A stretch of 64,000 nucleotides of DNA, taken from Bacteroidales bacterium. Its GTDB lineage: Bacteria > Bacteroidota > Bacteroidia > Bacteroidales > UBA932. Position 1 is the first letter of the stretch. Each line of letters opens with the position of its first letter. The position numbers and the translations under genes are program-made. The stretch covers positions 11,336 through 75,335 of the forward strand of contig JAQXJU010000065.1 in the NCBI GenBank assembly GCA_029009115.1, written 5' to 3'. The notes below the pieces were generated by a model, which was not told the origin of the DNA, did not search any database, and saw only the letters and a program-made list of their open reading frames with translations. This document shows positions 8,079 to 16,653 of the stretch, piece by piece.

Positions 8079-9935
8079 ATGAAAAAGATTGTTACAATAA
8101 CACTTTCGGCTCTTCTGGCTGTCTCTTGTGCAGATATGCTGAATATTTCGCCCGACAACCAGATTGCCAGCGGAAATATGTGGACTACCGAGTCTCTTGC
8201 CGACAAGGGAATGGCGGGCCTGTATGTGAATTTTTATCGCAAAGACCTGTCACGCATACAGTTACGCTATAACGACTTTACCGGAATCAACCGTCAGGGT
8301 TGGATGGGGATGGATTTTGCCTGTGACTTCGTTTCAGACAACTATCCCCTGAGAGCCCTTTCCGATGCCCGCAAGGATGCCACGGAGTTTGTGGTATGGT
8401 ACGAGTGGAAGTGGGCATACACCAATGTTCACGCCTGCAATGACGCCATCGCCAACCTCTCGAGGGCGGGCCTGCCCGTTGCAAAATACCAGAGGTACCT
8501 GTGCGAGGCCAAATTCCTCAGGGCCTGGACATATACCCGTCTTAACGAGATTTTCGGAGGTATGCCGAGCGGAAGTCCCACTCACTATACCCCGGGTGGA
8601 GTTCCCCTCTATCTCGAGGTCATATCCGAAGACCAGTGCACCCGCAGCCAGTCTTCTGCCGAGGCTGTATGGAAGGCTATAATCGATGACCTGACGGACT
8701 GCATCAACAACGAATACTTCCCCGACAACACCCTCTCTGCCAACTACGGGCGGCCTTCAAAGGGTGCCGCCTACGCGCTCCGGGGCAAGGCCTATATGTA
8801 TCTCGAGAAGTATGATCTGGCAGCCGCCGACTTTGAGAAGGTGGGCACCTGCGGATATTCCATCTTCAAGGGCAAGTACATCGACTTCTTCACCGAAGCC
8901 AACGAGAAGAGCAGCGAGATGATCTACCCCCTCCAGTTTGGTGAGGAGGCAGGATACAGCGACAACCTCCAGCTTATGATTGGAGGCCGCGATTCCTGGA
9001 ACAGCTGGTCCAACGCCCGTCCGAGCTCAGACTTCGTCAACTATTTTCAGAATGCCGACGGAACTGCCTTCAGCTGGAGCAAGGTTCCGGGGCTCGAAGA
9101 CTGGGACAAGCTCACTCCAGCGCAGAGAGAGGTATTCTTCCTCAGGGATGGTATCAAGTCGAAGACCTGGTCTAAGGCCGACAAGGGCACCATCGACGAG
9201 AGAATAGCAAAGATTGGCAAGACTGTTTTCGACACCTACTACCTTGACAACGGCAACGAGGCCCGCATACGCAAGGCGTACGAGAATCGCGACCCCCGCC
9301 TCAAGCAGATTGTACTTACCCCATACGAGAGTTTCGACACCTTCAAGGACCCTACCGACAATGGTGGCAAGATTCAGATTGGCAAGCAGTTGCGCTGGCC
9401 ATTCCTGGACGAGGGCGACAACGGCGGAGACTATTACATTGGGAGTTTCAACAATATGTATGTCTTCAAGAAGTTCAACTGCACCCGTCCCGAGGACCTC
9501 ACCGACAGGCTCCGCTGCAAGATGGACTGGCCGCTTATCCGCTACACCGACGTTTACCTGATGCTGGCCGAGGCTTATGCCCAGACCGGTCAGAATACAA
9601 AGGCCGTGGCAATCGTTAACGAAATCCGCAGTCGCGCAGGAATGCCCCCTGTATCTGTCTCGGACAAGGAAGAATTGCTCGAAGCCGTCCGCTACGAGCG
9701 TAGAATCGAGCTCTGTCTTGAGGGACAGAACTACTTCGACGAGTGGAGGTGGGGAACATACCGCAGGATGAAGTTCCAGGGCAGGGATGTTTACGGAGGT
9801 TCTCCCTGGTGGGGAGACTGGGAAGGATATAAGTATAACTGGTACTATACTCCAGATATGTATCCCTGGCCCGCTCCTTCAGGAGAATGCCAGCGCAATC
9901 CTAATCTCAAGAAAAAGGAAGGTTGGGCATATTGA
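8079..9935 (+). CDS. SusD/RagB-family nutrient-binding lipoprotein
   Basis: 618 aa with a lipobox (LLAVSCAD) and SusD-like helical motifs (YLCEAKFLRAWTYTRL, RYTDVYLMLAEAYAQTG, VRYERRIELCLEGQNYFDEWRWG). Paired with the upstream SusC. Confidence 0.92.
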   Translation: MKKIVTITLSALLAVSCADMLNISPDNQIASGNMWTTESLADKGMAGLYVNFYRKDLSRIQLRYNDFTGINRQGWMGMDFACDFVSDNYPLRALSDARKDATEFVVWYEWKWAYTNVHACNDAIANLSRAGLPVAKYQRYLCEAKFLRAWTYTRLNEIFGGMPSGSPTHYTPGGVPLYLEVISEDQCTRSQSSAEAVWKAIIDDLTDCINNEYFPDNTLSANYGRPSKGAAYALRGKAYMYLEKYDLAAADFEKVGTCGYSIFKGKYIDFFTEANEKSSEMIYPLQFGEEAGYSDNLQLMIGGRDSWNSWSNARPSSDFVNYFQNADGTAFSWSKVPGLEDWDKLTPAQREVFFLRDGIKSKTWSKADKGTIDERIAKIGKTVFDTYYLDNGNEARIRKAYENRDPRLKQIVLTPYESFDTFKDPTDNGGKIQIGKQLRWPFLDEGDNGGDYYIGSFNNMYVFKKFNCTRPEDLTDRLRCKMDWPLIRYTDVYLMLAEAYAQTGQNTKAVAIVNEIRSRAGMPPVSVSDKEELLEAVRYERRIELCLEGQNYFDEWRWGTYRRMKFQGRDVYGGSPWWGDWEGYKYNWYYTPDMYPWPAPSGECQRNPNLKKKEGWAY

Positions 9936-9936
9936 T

Positions 9937-11913
9937 ATGAATATGAAACTAAGGTATATACTGTCATCGGCTGCACTCGTTGTCCTGCTGATGTTATCCG
10001 GATGCGGAAAGACCCGCCCGGAGGTGTTTGTCCCCGGTTCATCTCAAAAGCCGGGAGATTCCGGAGAAACTCCTTCTCCCGGAGGGGATACCCCTTCTCC
10101 TGCGGCAGAGTTCGATTATTCCCGCCTGACTGAGCAGAATCATCCGAGAGTTATCTTTACCCAGAGTGACTTTGATGCGATACTCTCCGCCACAGCCTCT
10201 GACAAGGTTCTCTCTACTGTTCACTCAGCCGTGATAACCATTGCCAATCAGTCGCTTACGAAGGCTGTCCCCGTGTATAAGCTCGACGGTAAGAGGTTGC
10301 TGAGCGTAAGCCGCGAGTCTGAGCTCAGGCTGCTGAGCTGCGCCTATGCCTACAGGACCACCCGCGATTCAAGGTATCTCACCTGCGCTGAGAACACCCT
10401 CGAAGCGGTATGCTCTTTCCAGGACTGGAATGCCCGCAAGCACTTCCTCGATGTTGGAGAGATGGCTGCCGGAGTAGGGCTTGCATATGACTGGCTTTAT
10501 GCCGACCTCAGCAGCGAGCTGAAGGCAAAAATCGAGAAGGCTCTCGTTGACTTTGCATTCACTCCTGCCCAGAACAAGGTGTGGAATCTCGATTTCTACA
10601 ATTCGACCAGCAACTGGAATCAGGTCTGCAACGGAGGTCTCGTCTGCGCGGCCCTTGCCGTTTACGAGAAGAACACTTCTGTGGCCAAGTCCATCATCGA
10701 AAAGGCTGTCGAGTCCAATGCAAAAGCTGTAGCAGAGATGTACTCGCCCGACGGGAACTATCCCGAAGGCTACAGTTACTGGAACTACGGCACTCTTTAT
10801 CAGGCTCTTATGAATACGGCATTCGAGACTGCCGGTGCTTCTGACTTCGGACTCTCCTCGCTTGAGGGTTTCAGCAAGACGAGCCGTTATATGATGAATA
10901 TGGAAGGCCCTGTAAAGAACTGCTTTAACTATTCCGACTCGGCGCCTTCGGTCAATCCCTGCATCGCCCAGTTCTATTTCGCCTGGAAATTCAAGGACGT
11001 CTCGCTCCTGTATATGGAAAAGAACCGTCTTCAGTCATACCAGTCCTGCTCGGAGAACCGACTTCTTCCGCTGATAGCCTGGTATGCCTACAAGATGAAG
11101 ATAGGCTCGAGTGACTCGATTCCGGCTCCTGAAGAAAAGGTCTATTCCGGCCAGGGAATAACCCCTGTGGTGCTTGTGCACGGTAACTGGAAGATGGACA
11201 ACAGTGACAAGTTCTTAGGCATAAAGGGCGGAAAGGGCAATACCTCCCACGCCCATTTAGATGCGGGCAGTTTCGTATTCGACGCCGAGGGAGTCCGCTG
11301 GGCTGCCGACATCGGTCTGCAGAGTTACTCTACCCTTGAACCTTACATCAATCTCTGGGATATGAACGACGGTTCGCAGCGCTGGACCTCTTTCAGATAC
11401 AACAACTTCAATCACAACACCCTTACAGTCAACGATGCGTATCACAAGGCCGCCGGTGAGGCTGTAGTGGAGTCTGTCATCAATTCCGACGGCAAAGCCG
11501 GAGCCATACTGAATCTCAGCGCTCCCCTTGCTGGAGAGGTCGAATCAGCCAGGAGGACCATCTATCTGCAGGGCGAGGACCTGATTGTGCGGGATGAAAT
11601 CAAGGCTCTGTCCTCCAAGGATGCAAAAGTCCGCTGGATGATGATATCAAAGGCATCGCCCGAGATTGAGTACGGAGCAATTACCCTTAAGAGCAGCACC
11701 GGCAAGTACCGCTACCTGAAGACCTCGTCACCAACCCTCCACAGGCCCACCCTCAAATGCTCTGTGGGAGCCGCTGACGGCACGGCCTGGAGTCTTGTGA
11801 GCAGCAATTACTTCGACCAGTCCAACTCCGGCTATTACAAGGCAGGTTATGAACTCACTGTCAAGGCCGGAACTTCGGCAACGGTTGAGGTAAGGCTGAC
11901 CCCGGAAGAATAA
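9937..11913 (+). CDS. Heparinase II/III-like polysaccharide lyase (alpha/alpha-toroid plus beta-sandwich type), lipoprotein
   Basis: Start taken at the ATG at 9937 (MNMKLRYILSSAALVVLLMLSGCGK, lipobox), directly after the SusD stop. Motifs are HPRVIFTQSDFDAIL, NWNQVCNGGL and GNTSHAHLDAGSFVFDAEGVRWAADIG (Hepar_II_III-type). The CAZy family (PL12/15/17/21) cannot be decided by eye. Confidence 0.75.
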   Translation: MNMKLRYILSSAALVVLLMLSGCGKTRPEVFVPGSSQKPGDSGETPSPGGDTPSPAAEFDYSRLTEQNHPRVIFTQSDFDAILSATASDKVLSTVHSAVITIANQSLTKAVPVYKLDGKRLLSVSRESELRLLSCAYAYRTTRDSRYLTCAENTLEAVCSFQDWNARKHFLDVGEMAAGVGLAYDWLYADLSSELKAKIEKALVDFAFTPAQNKVWNLDFYNSTSNWNQVCNGGLVCAALAVYEKNTSVAKSIIEKAVESNAKAVAEMYSPDGNYPEGYSYWNYGTLYQALMNTAFETAGASDFGLSSLEGFSKTSRYMMNMEGPVKNCFNYSDSAPSVNPCIAQFYFAWKFKDVSLLYMEKNRLQSYQSCSENRLLPLIAWYAYKMKIGSSDSIPAPEEKVYSGQGITPVVLVHGNWKMDNSDKFLGIKGGKGNTSHAHLDAGSFVFDAEGVRWAADIGLQSYSTLEPYINLWDMNDGSQRWTSFRYNNFNHNTLTVNDAYHKAAGEAVVESVINSDGKAGAILNLSAPLAGEVESARRTIYLQGEDLIVRDEIKALSSKDAKVRWMMISKASPEIEYGAITLKSSTGKYRYLKTSSPTLHRPTLKCSVGAADGTAWSLVSSNYFDQSNSGYYKAGYELTVKAGTSATVEVRLTPEE

Positions 11914-11953
11914 ACAACTTATTACATTACTTAATAACCAATTCATTTGTTTT

Positions 11954-12418
11954 ATGAAACGAATCCTTTACATCGCAGCCGTGTGCGGGGCATTGCTTGC
12001 CACCGCCTCTTCCTGCAAGAAGGCAGAGCCCGCCAAGGAAGACCCTGTCAAAGTCACCCTGGAGGTGACGGACATAGCCGACAACTGTGCTACTGTCCGT
12101 GCCAGTCTTGAATCCGGAAAGTTTTACGGAGCCAAAATCATTGATATGATGAATCGCGACGACCTCGCTGTCGATTTGGCAAACGAGATTCAGCTGGTCA
12201 GATTCATCGAAGAGAATGGTACCGAAATCACCCTCCCCTACGAGAAGAAGCTCGAGAAGGTCAAAATCGGAATCGAGCGCTTCAGTGCAGTCATCGCTTA
12301 TGATTCCAAGGGCATAGCCAAGAGCGTTGCCTATGTGGTATGGAGTCCCGAAGGCAATCCCGAAGGATGGAGCACCGACAACGGCGCAGGCTCCCTCGGT
12401 GAAAACGAATGGAAATAA
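11954..12418 (+). CDS. Small PUL-encoded lipoprotein of unknown function
   Basis: 154 aa with a signal peptide and lipobox (LLATASSCKK). Sits in the PUL operon context. Confidence 0.6.
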   Translation: MKRILYIAAVCGALLATASSCKKAEPAKEDPVKVTLEVTDIADNCATVRASLESGKFYGAKIIDMMNRDDLAVDLANEIQLVRFIEENGTEITLPYEKKLEKVKIGIERFSAVIAYDSKGIAKSVAYVVWSPEGNPEGWSTDNGAGSLGENEWK

Positions 12419-12433
12419 TAAAAGGAACAGACT

Positions 12434-14575
12434 ATGAACAAGATATCAAATGTCGGAATGCTTGCTGTGCTGTTTGCCGCAGCAGCCGTGTCCTGCACTA
12501 AGGACAATCTTTCAGTTAATGCCGATATTCAGGGGAGCAGGCTTACTTTTACAGGTAATACCGTCATCGATACCCGTTTCTCCATCGGCGAGAAAGATGG
12601 CGAAGTCTATCCTCTCCTCTGGCAGGAAGGCGATGCCATTGCAATCTGGTCGCAGAATGCCGCTCCGGGAAAACCCGACGAAAGCGGTGCTCCCACGATG
12701 ACCGGAAACATACTCGGCGAGCAGGCCCAGCTGTGGTCCGGCAGCGCAGGCAAGACCAGCGGTGTGTTTCAGACCAACAATCCGGTCAGCGTTACCTCTG
12801 ACGAGGACATCGTCATCGTATATCCCGCCTCGGCAGCTTACTCCGAAGGGGTGATTTCTGCAAACGTCCCCGAATTCCAGGAGCAGAGAGGTTCCAACTC
12901 CAGTCTCCACGTCGGTAAGTATGCTATAGCTTATGACAAAATCAGCCTCAAGGCCAACCAGACAGAGGATGTCGTCTTCCATCTCCAGCAGAAGACGGCC
13001 TTCGTGAAACTGGTACTCACCACCAGCGAGTATGCCTCGATGAAACTCGTCGGAGCTTCCATCACCTGCCCCGGGGAGGTGCTTGCCGGACAGGTTACTG
13101 CAAACGTCGCTGACGGCACCCTCACGACCGTCGAGGGAAAGACCTTCGATAGGGCAGGAGTGAAGTACCGCACCCCAGTCACTTTCTCCTCCCGCCAGGA
13201 ACTCTACTTCACCGCCCTTCCTGCCGACCTCAGCGGCAAGGATTGCGTCATTACCGTAGTGATGACGGATGACACCAAGACCGTCACCATCCCCGTGGTG
13301 GTTAAGGGAGGAAAACTGGAAGCTTCGAAACTTTCGGTTATCACCGTAGAGAATGTCAGCAAGGCTTCGGTTAACTGTGCCTGGTACGAGCCCGAGGAGA
13401 CCAGAGACCTTCTGGACGCCTGGGCATACGGTCCCCAGAACACCTATTTCATCGAGCAGAAGGCAAAGGGTGAGGGAGATACAAAACTCACCATTTCCGT
13501 CAAGGCCAGAGGAGACTTCTCGAAGGTTCGCGAGCCCAAGTACTATGGACTTTTGAGCGGTTCTTCCGAGATGTCAACCAGAAAACTCATAAAGATGCCT
13601 GACGGCACCACTACATATCAGGCCGACCCGACCACTCCCGTAAACCCTGATTATACCATCGACCTTTATTCCTTCGACCAGAGCCAGAACGGCCGCTGGG
13701 CAACCGTAGCTCTCTACGATGCCAACAAGAAGATAATCTGGTCCTTTATGATATGGCGTTACCTCGCAGGGGACAAACCTTCGGACGTCGCTTATCCCGG
13801 CACGGACATAGTGCTGATGGACAGAATCCTCGGCGCCCCGTACAGCAACAAGATGGCCCTCGAGAAGGGGAACTACGACGGAGCTCCCGGAGCATTCTTC
13901 CAGTGGGGCCGCAAGGATCCGTTTATGTGGAGCAACAGCGGAATAACTGCTGTCTATAACGAGAAGCCGACTACCCCTGCCGCCGGAATCGTAGAAGCAA
14001 TCGAATCTCCGGGAATCATCTTCGAAAACTGCGCAGAGAGTTATTCCGACTGGCAGGGCAAGGAGCACAGGACTGACCTTTGGGGTGGCGTGAACAACAC
14101 ACAGGATTGGTATGATCCTGCCGGAATCGGTCATAAGACCATCTACGACCCCTGCCCCGAGGGATACCGCGTACCCGATGCAAGGGTCTTCCAAGAAGTA
14201 GGCTCAAAGGCTCAGCCTTGGGAGGTAGATTTGAAGCTGGCATTCCAGCCTGAAGGGAATATCAAGGCGGATTCTCCTTTCAAGGCGTCGAACACCGCTG
14301 TTCTTGCCTATCCTCTCAGCGATACTGAGTTCGACTTCTGGCCTTACGGCGGAGCACACTGGTGCGACAAAGGCAAGGGCTGGGGCAACAGAACTGCAAG
14401 CAATACCCGTCACGCCTGCCTCTACTGGGCCAATTCGGTGGATCCCGCCCATACCAATGCCGGTATTATGATGGAGTACTGCTATTTCTCAAGCTCGTAC
14501 AATGCGAACACCCGTCATAATGCAATACGTGTAAGAGCTTTCGGTGTCCGTTGCCAGAAAGAAAGCGCAAAATGA
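12434..14575 (+). CDS. Large PUL-encoded surface lipoprotein with a C-terminal FISUMP-like (Fib_succ_major-type) domain
   Basis: 713 aa with a lipobox (AAAVSCTK). C-terminal motifs are MDRILGA, FFQWGRKDPF, DPCPEGYRVPD, LYWANS and AFGVRCQ. The same motif logic appears in the 40552-41868 protein. Confidence 0.65.
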   Translation: MNKISNVGMLAVLFAAAAVSCTKDNLSVNADIQGSRLTFTGNTVIDTRFSIGEKDGEVYPLLWQEGDAIAIWSQNAAPGKPDESGAPTMTGNILGEQAQLWSGSAGKTSGVFQTNNPVSVTSDEDIVIVYPASAAYSEGVISANVPEFQEQRGSNSSLHVGKYAIAYDKISLKANQTEDVVFHLQQKTAFVKLVLTTSEYASMKLVGASITCPGEVLAGQVTANVADGTLTTVEGKTFDRAGVKYRTPVTFSSRQELYFTALPADLSGKDCVITVVMTDDTKTVTIPVVVKGGKLEASKLSVITVENVSKASVNCAWYEPEETRDLLDAWAYGPQNTYFIEQKAKGEGDTKLTISVKARGDFSKVREPKYYGLLSGSSEMSTRKLIKMPDGTTTYQADPTTPVNPDYTIDLYSFDQSQNGRWATVALYDANKKIIWSFMIWRYLAGDKPSDVAYPGTDIVLMDRILGAPYSNKMALEKGNYDGAPGAFFQWGRKDPFMWSNSGITAVYNEKPTTPAAGIVEAIESPGIIFENCAESYSDWQGKEHRTDLWGGVNNTQDWYDPAGIGHKTIYDPCPEGYRVPDARVFQEVGSKAQPWEVDLKLAFQPEGNIKADSPFKASNTAVLAYPLSDTEFDFWPYGGAHWCDKGKGWGNRTASNTRHACLYWANSVDPAHTNAGIMMEYCYFSSSYNANTRHNAIRVRAFGVRCQKESAK

Positions 14576-16653
14576 CATCAGCATTTCCGAAAACATTCAG
14601 AAAGGCAAACCCGGTGAGATTCCTTCTCACCGGATTTGTCGTATTTGTACTTGGGACCTTGAGCCTCAGGGCAAGCTCTCTGGACCCTGTCAGAAAAGCC
14701 TTCGTAGAGGCTTCGGCATATAATTATGCTCCCGATGCCCAATCGACACAGAACTTCATCCGCTATTCCGACCACGGCCGTGCGAATGACGTGCTGCTCC
14801 TGCAGCTCTATATGTCGGTCCATCTTCCTGACGAAGAGGTACGGGAACTCATCGGCAATTTCGATTTCCAGTCATCCTGCTGGAAAGACATAGACTACCA
14901 GGCACAGGACCGTGGCCGCTGGCCCGCCACCCTGCACGTGACTAGGATGTATTCCCTGGCTAAGCTGTATGTTGCTGGGAATCAGGAGTGGCGAGGCTCG
15001 AAGGAACTCTCCGGGCTTCTTCACGCAGCGATGGGATGGTGGTTCGAGAATATGCCTGTCTGCCCCAACTGGTGGCACAACGACATAGGGGTGCCCAAGA
15101 AGATGACCTCAGTGCTGCTGATGCTCCGCGATGAACTCTCCGCCTCGGAAATCGAGGGCGGTCTGAAGGTGCTTCAGCGCTCCCGCTTCGGGCGTACCGG
15201 ACAGAACAAGGTATGGCTTGCGGGCAACAACCTGATGAAAGGTCTGCTGATCGACGACGAGCCCCTCGTGAGGGAAGCCTGCCGGCAGATATCAGAAGAA
15301 ATCAGCATTGCCGATGGTGGCGAAGGCATTCAGAACGACTGGTCTTTCCATCAGCACGGGCCCCAGATTCAGACCGGAAACTACGGCCTCGCCTATGCCG
15401 AAGGCCTTTCTTTCTGGATGAGGGTTTTGAGTGGAACCGACTTCGACTTCAGCGCTGAAGAGCGCGCCATAGTGTCGCAGATGCTCTCCAAGGGAATTTG
15501 CTGGAGCGTGTGGAAGGGTACTATGGACCCCAGTTTCTGCGGCAGGCAGAACTTTATCGATGCCGGTGCCGGTAAGGGATATGCCCTCGCGGTGGCTGCT
15601 TCGAATATGTCCTTCGTGGGCGACAGCACTTTCTTTAGGAGTGTTGCCCGTGAGATTCTCCAGCCCGGAAAGTACTCCAACACCCTTGTCGGGAACAGAT
15701 ATTACTGGCGCTCCGACTGTGGGATCCACCGCAGCGCCGACTGGTACGGTTCCATTCGTATGCACTCCCGCAGGACAATAGGCTTCGAATTCACGAACAA
15801 GGAGAATACCCTTGCAAACTTCTCGGCCGACGGAGCCGTCATAACAATGGTTTCGGGACGCGAATTCGAGAATATTTTTGCCTGCTGGGACTGGCGCAAG
15901 GTCCCCGGCGTAACTGCTTACGACGACGGCAAGCCCCTGAAGTGTGACGATTCAATCGAGGCAAAGCGCAATGATTCAGAGCACGTTGGAGGAGTTGCTG
16001 CGCCCAGGGCTATGGCCGCCACTATGCAGCTGCGTCGCGACGGTCTGGCTGCCCTCAAATCGGCTTTCTTCTTCGATGACTGTGTCGTAGCCCTCGGAGC
16101 CGGAATCTCGGCCTCAAATCCCGAATTCAGGGAGGTCACTACGGCCATAGACCAGAAGCTCTCGCAGGGGCGGATACGGGCTGGCCGAAACTGGATGCAT
16201 CACGCCTCGTGCGGTTACGTGAGCCTCGATGGTGCGCCCATCTTCTATTCCGACAAGGTTCAGAGCGGAAGCTGGGCGGCTATTGACCCTGCTTTGAAGG
16301 GTGTCGAAGACAGCAAGAGGGTGTTTACCTGTTATTTCCGTCACGACCCTGAGAAGCTTGCCTCAGGCCTTGGCTCGTATGCCTATATGATACTGCCCGG
16401 AGCATCGGCTTCAGAGACTTCGTCTGTGGCTTCCGCTTGTCGCTGCGGCTCCTCTGCCTCAAGGGTCAGGGTTCTTTGCAACGACAGCCAATGCCAGGCA
16501 GTCCGCCACGAAAGCGGAGTGCTGTGTGCGGTATTTCACGTTCCCGGAAACTATACTCTCGACGGAGAGTCATTCGAGGTTCCCTCTCCCCGAGTATTGG
16601 TTGCGGACGGCGCCGATTTGCAGTCCAGCGAACTGCCCTTGGTGCAGGAATAG
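14572..16653 (+). CDS. Polysaccharide lyase family 8-like enzyme (chondroitin AC / hyaluronate / xanthan lyase family)
   Basis: The ATG at 14572 overlaps the upstream stop (ATGA). Motifs are NWWHNDIGVPKKM, GQNKVWLAGNNLMKGLL and NDWSFHQHGPQIQTGNYGLAYAEG (His/Tyr catalytic region of PL8). The track ORF begins at a TTG at 14551. Confidence 0.75.
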   Translation: MTSAFPKTFRKANPVRFLLTGFVVFVLGTLSLRASSLDPVRKAFVEASAYNYAPDAQSTQNFIRYSDHGRANDVLLLQLYMSVHLPDEEVRELIGNFDFQSSCWKDIDYQAQDRGRWPATLHVTRMYSLAKLYVAGNQEWRGSKELSGLLHAAMGWWFENMPVCPNWWHNDIGVPKKMTSVLLMLRDELSASEIEGGLKVLQRSRFGRTGQNKVWLAGNNLMKGLLIDDEPLVREACRQISEEISIADGGEGIQNDWSFHQHGPQIQTGNYGLAYAEGLSFWMRVLSGTDFDFSAEERAIVSQMLSKGICWSVWKGTMDPSFCGRQNFIDAGAGKGYALAVAASNMSFVGDSTFFRSVAREILQPGKYSNTLVGNRYYWRSDCGIHRSADWYGSIRMHSRRTIGFEFTNKENTLANFSADGAVITMVSGREFENIFACWDWRKVPGVTAYDDGKPLKCDDSIEAKRNDSEHVGGVAAPRAMAATMQLRRDGLAALKSAFFFDDCVVALGAGISASNPEFREVTTAIDQKLSQGRIRAGRNWMHHASCGYVSLDGAPIFYSDKVQSGSWAAIDPALKGVEDSKRVFTCYFRHDPEKLASGLGSYAYMILPGASASETSSVASACRCGSSASRVRVLCNDSQCQAVRHESGVLCAVFHVPGNYTLDGESFEVPSPRVLVADGADLQSSELPLVQE

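Noticed and set aside
9787-9936. N-terminal extensions of track ORFs: 9787 (lyase), 26760 (rnfB), 27799 (rnfC), 51949 (MBL hydrolase), 56082 (protease), 59329 (SusC), 41932 (nfnA), 44479 (dcp).
   Set aside because: The extensions overlap the preceding gene or lack signal-peptide character. Internal ATGs give canonical signal peptides, lipoboxes or family-typical N-termini, and often ATGA-type coupling to the upstream stop.
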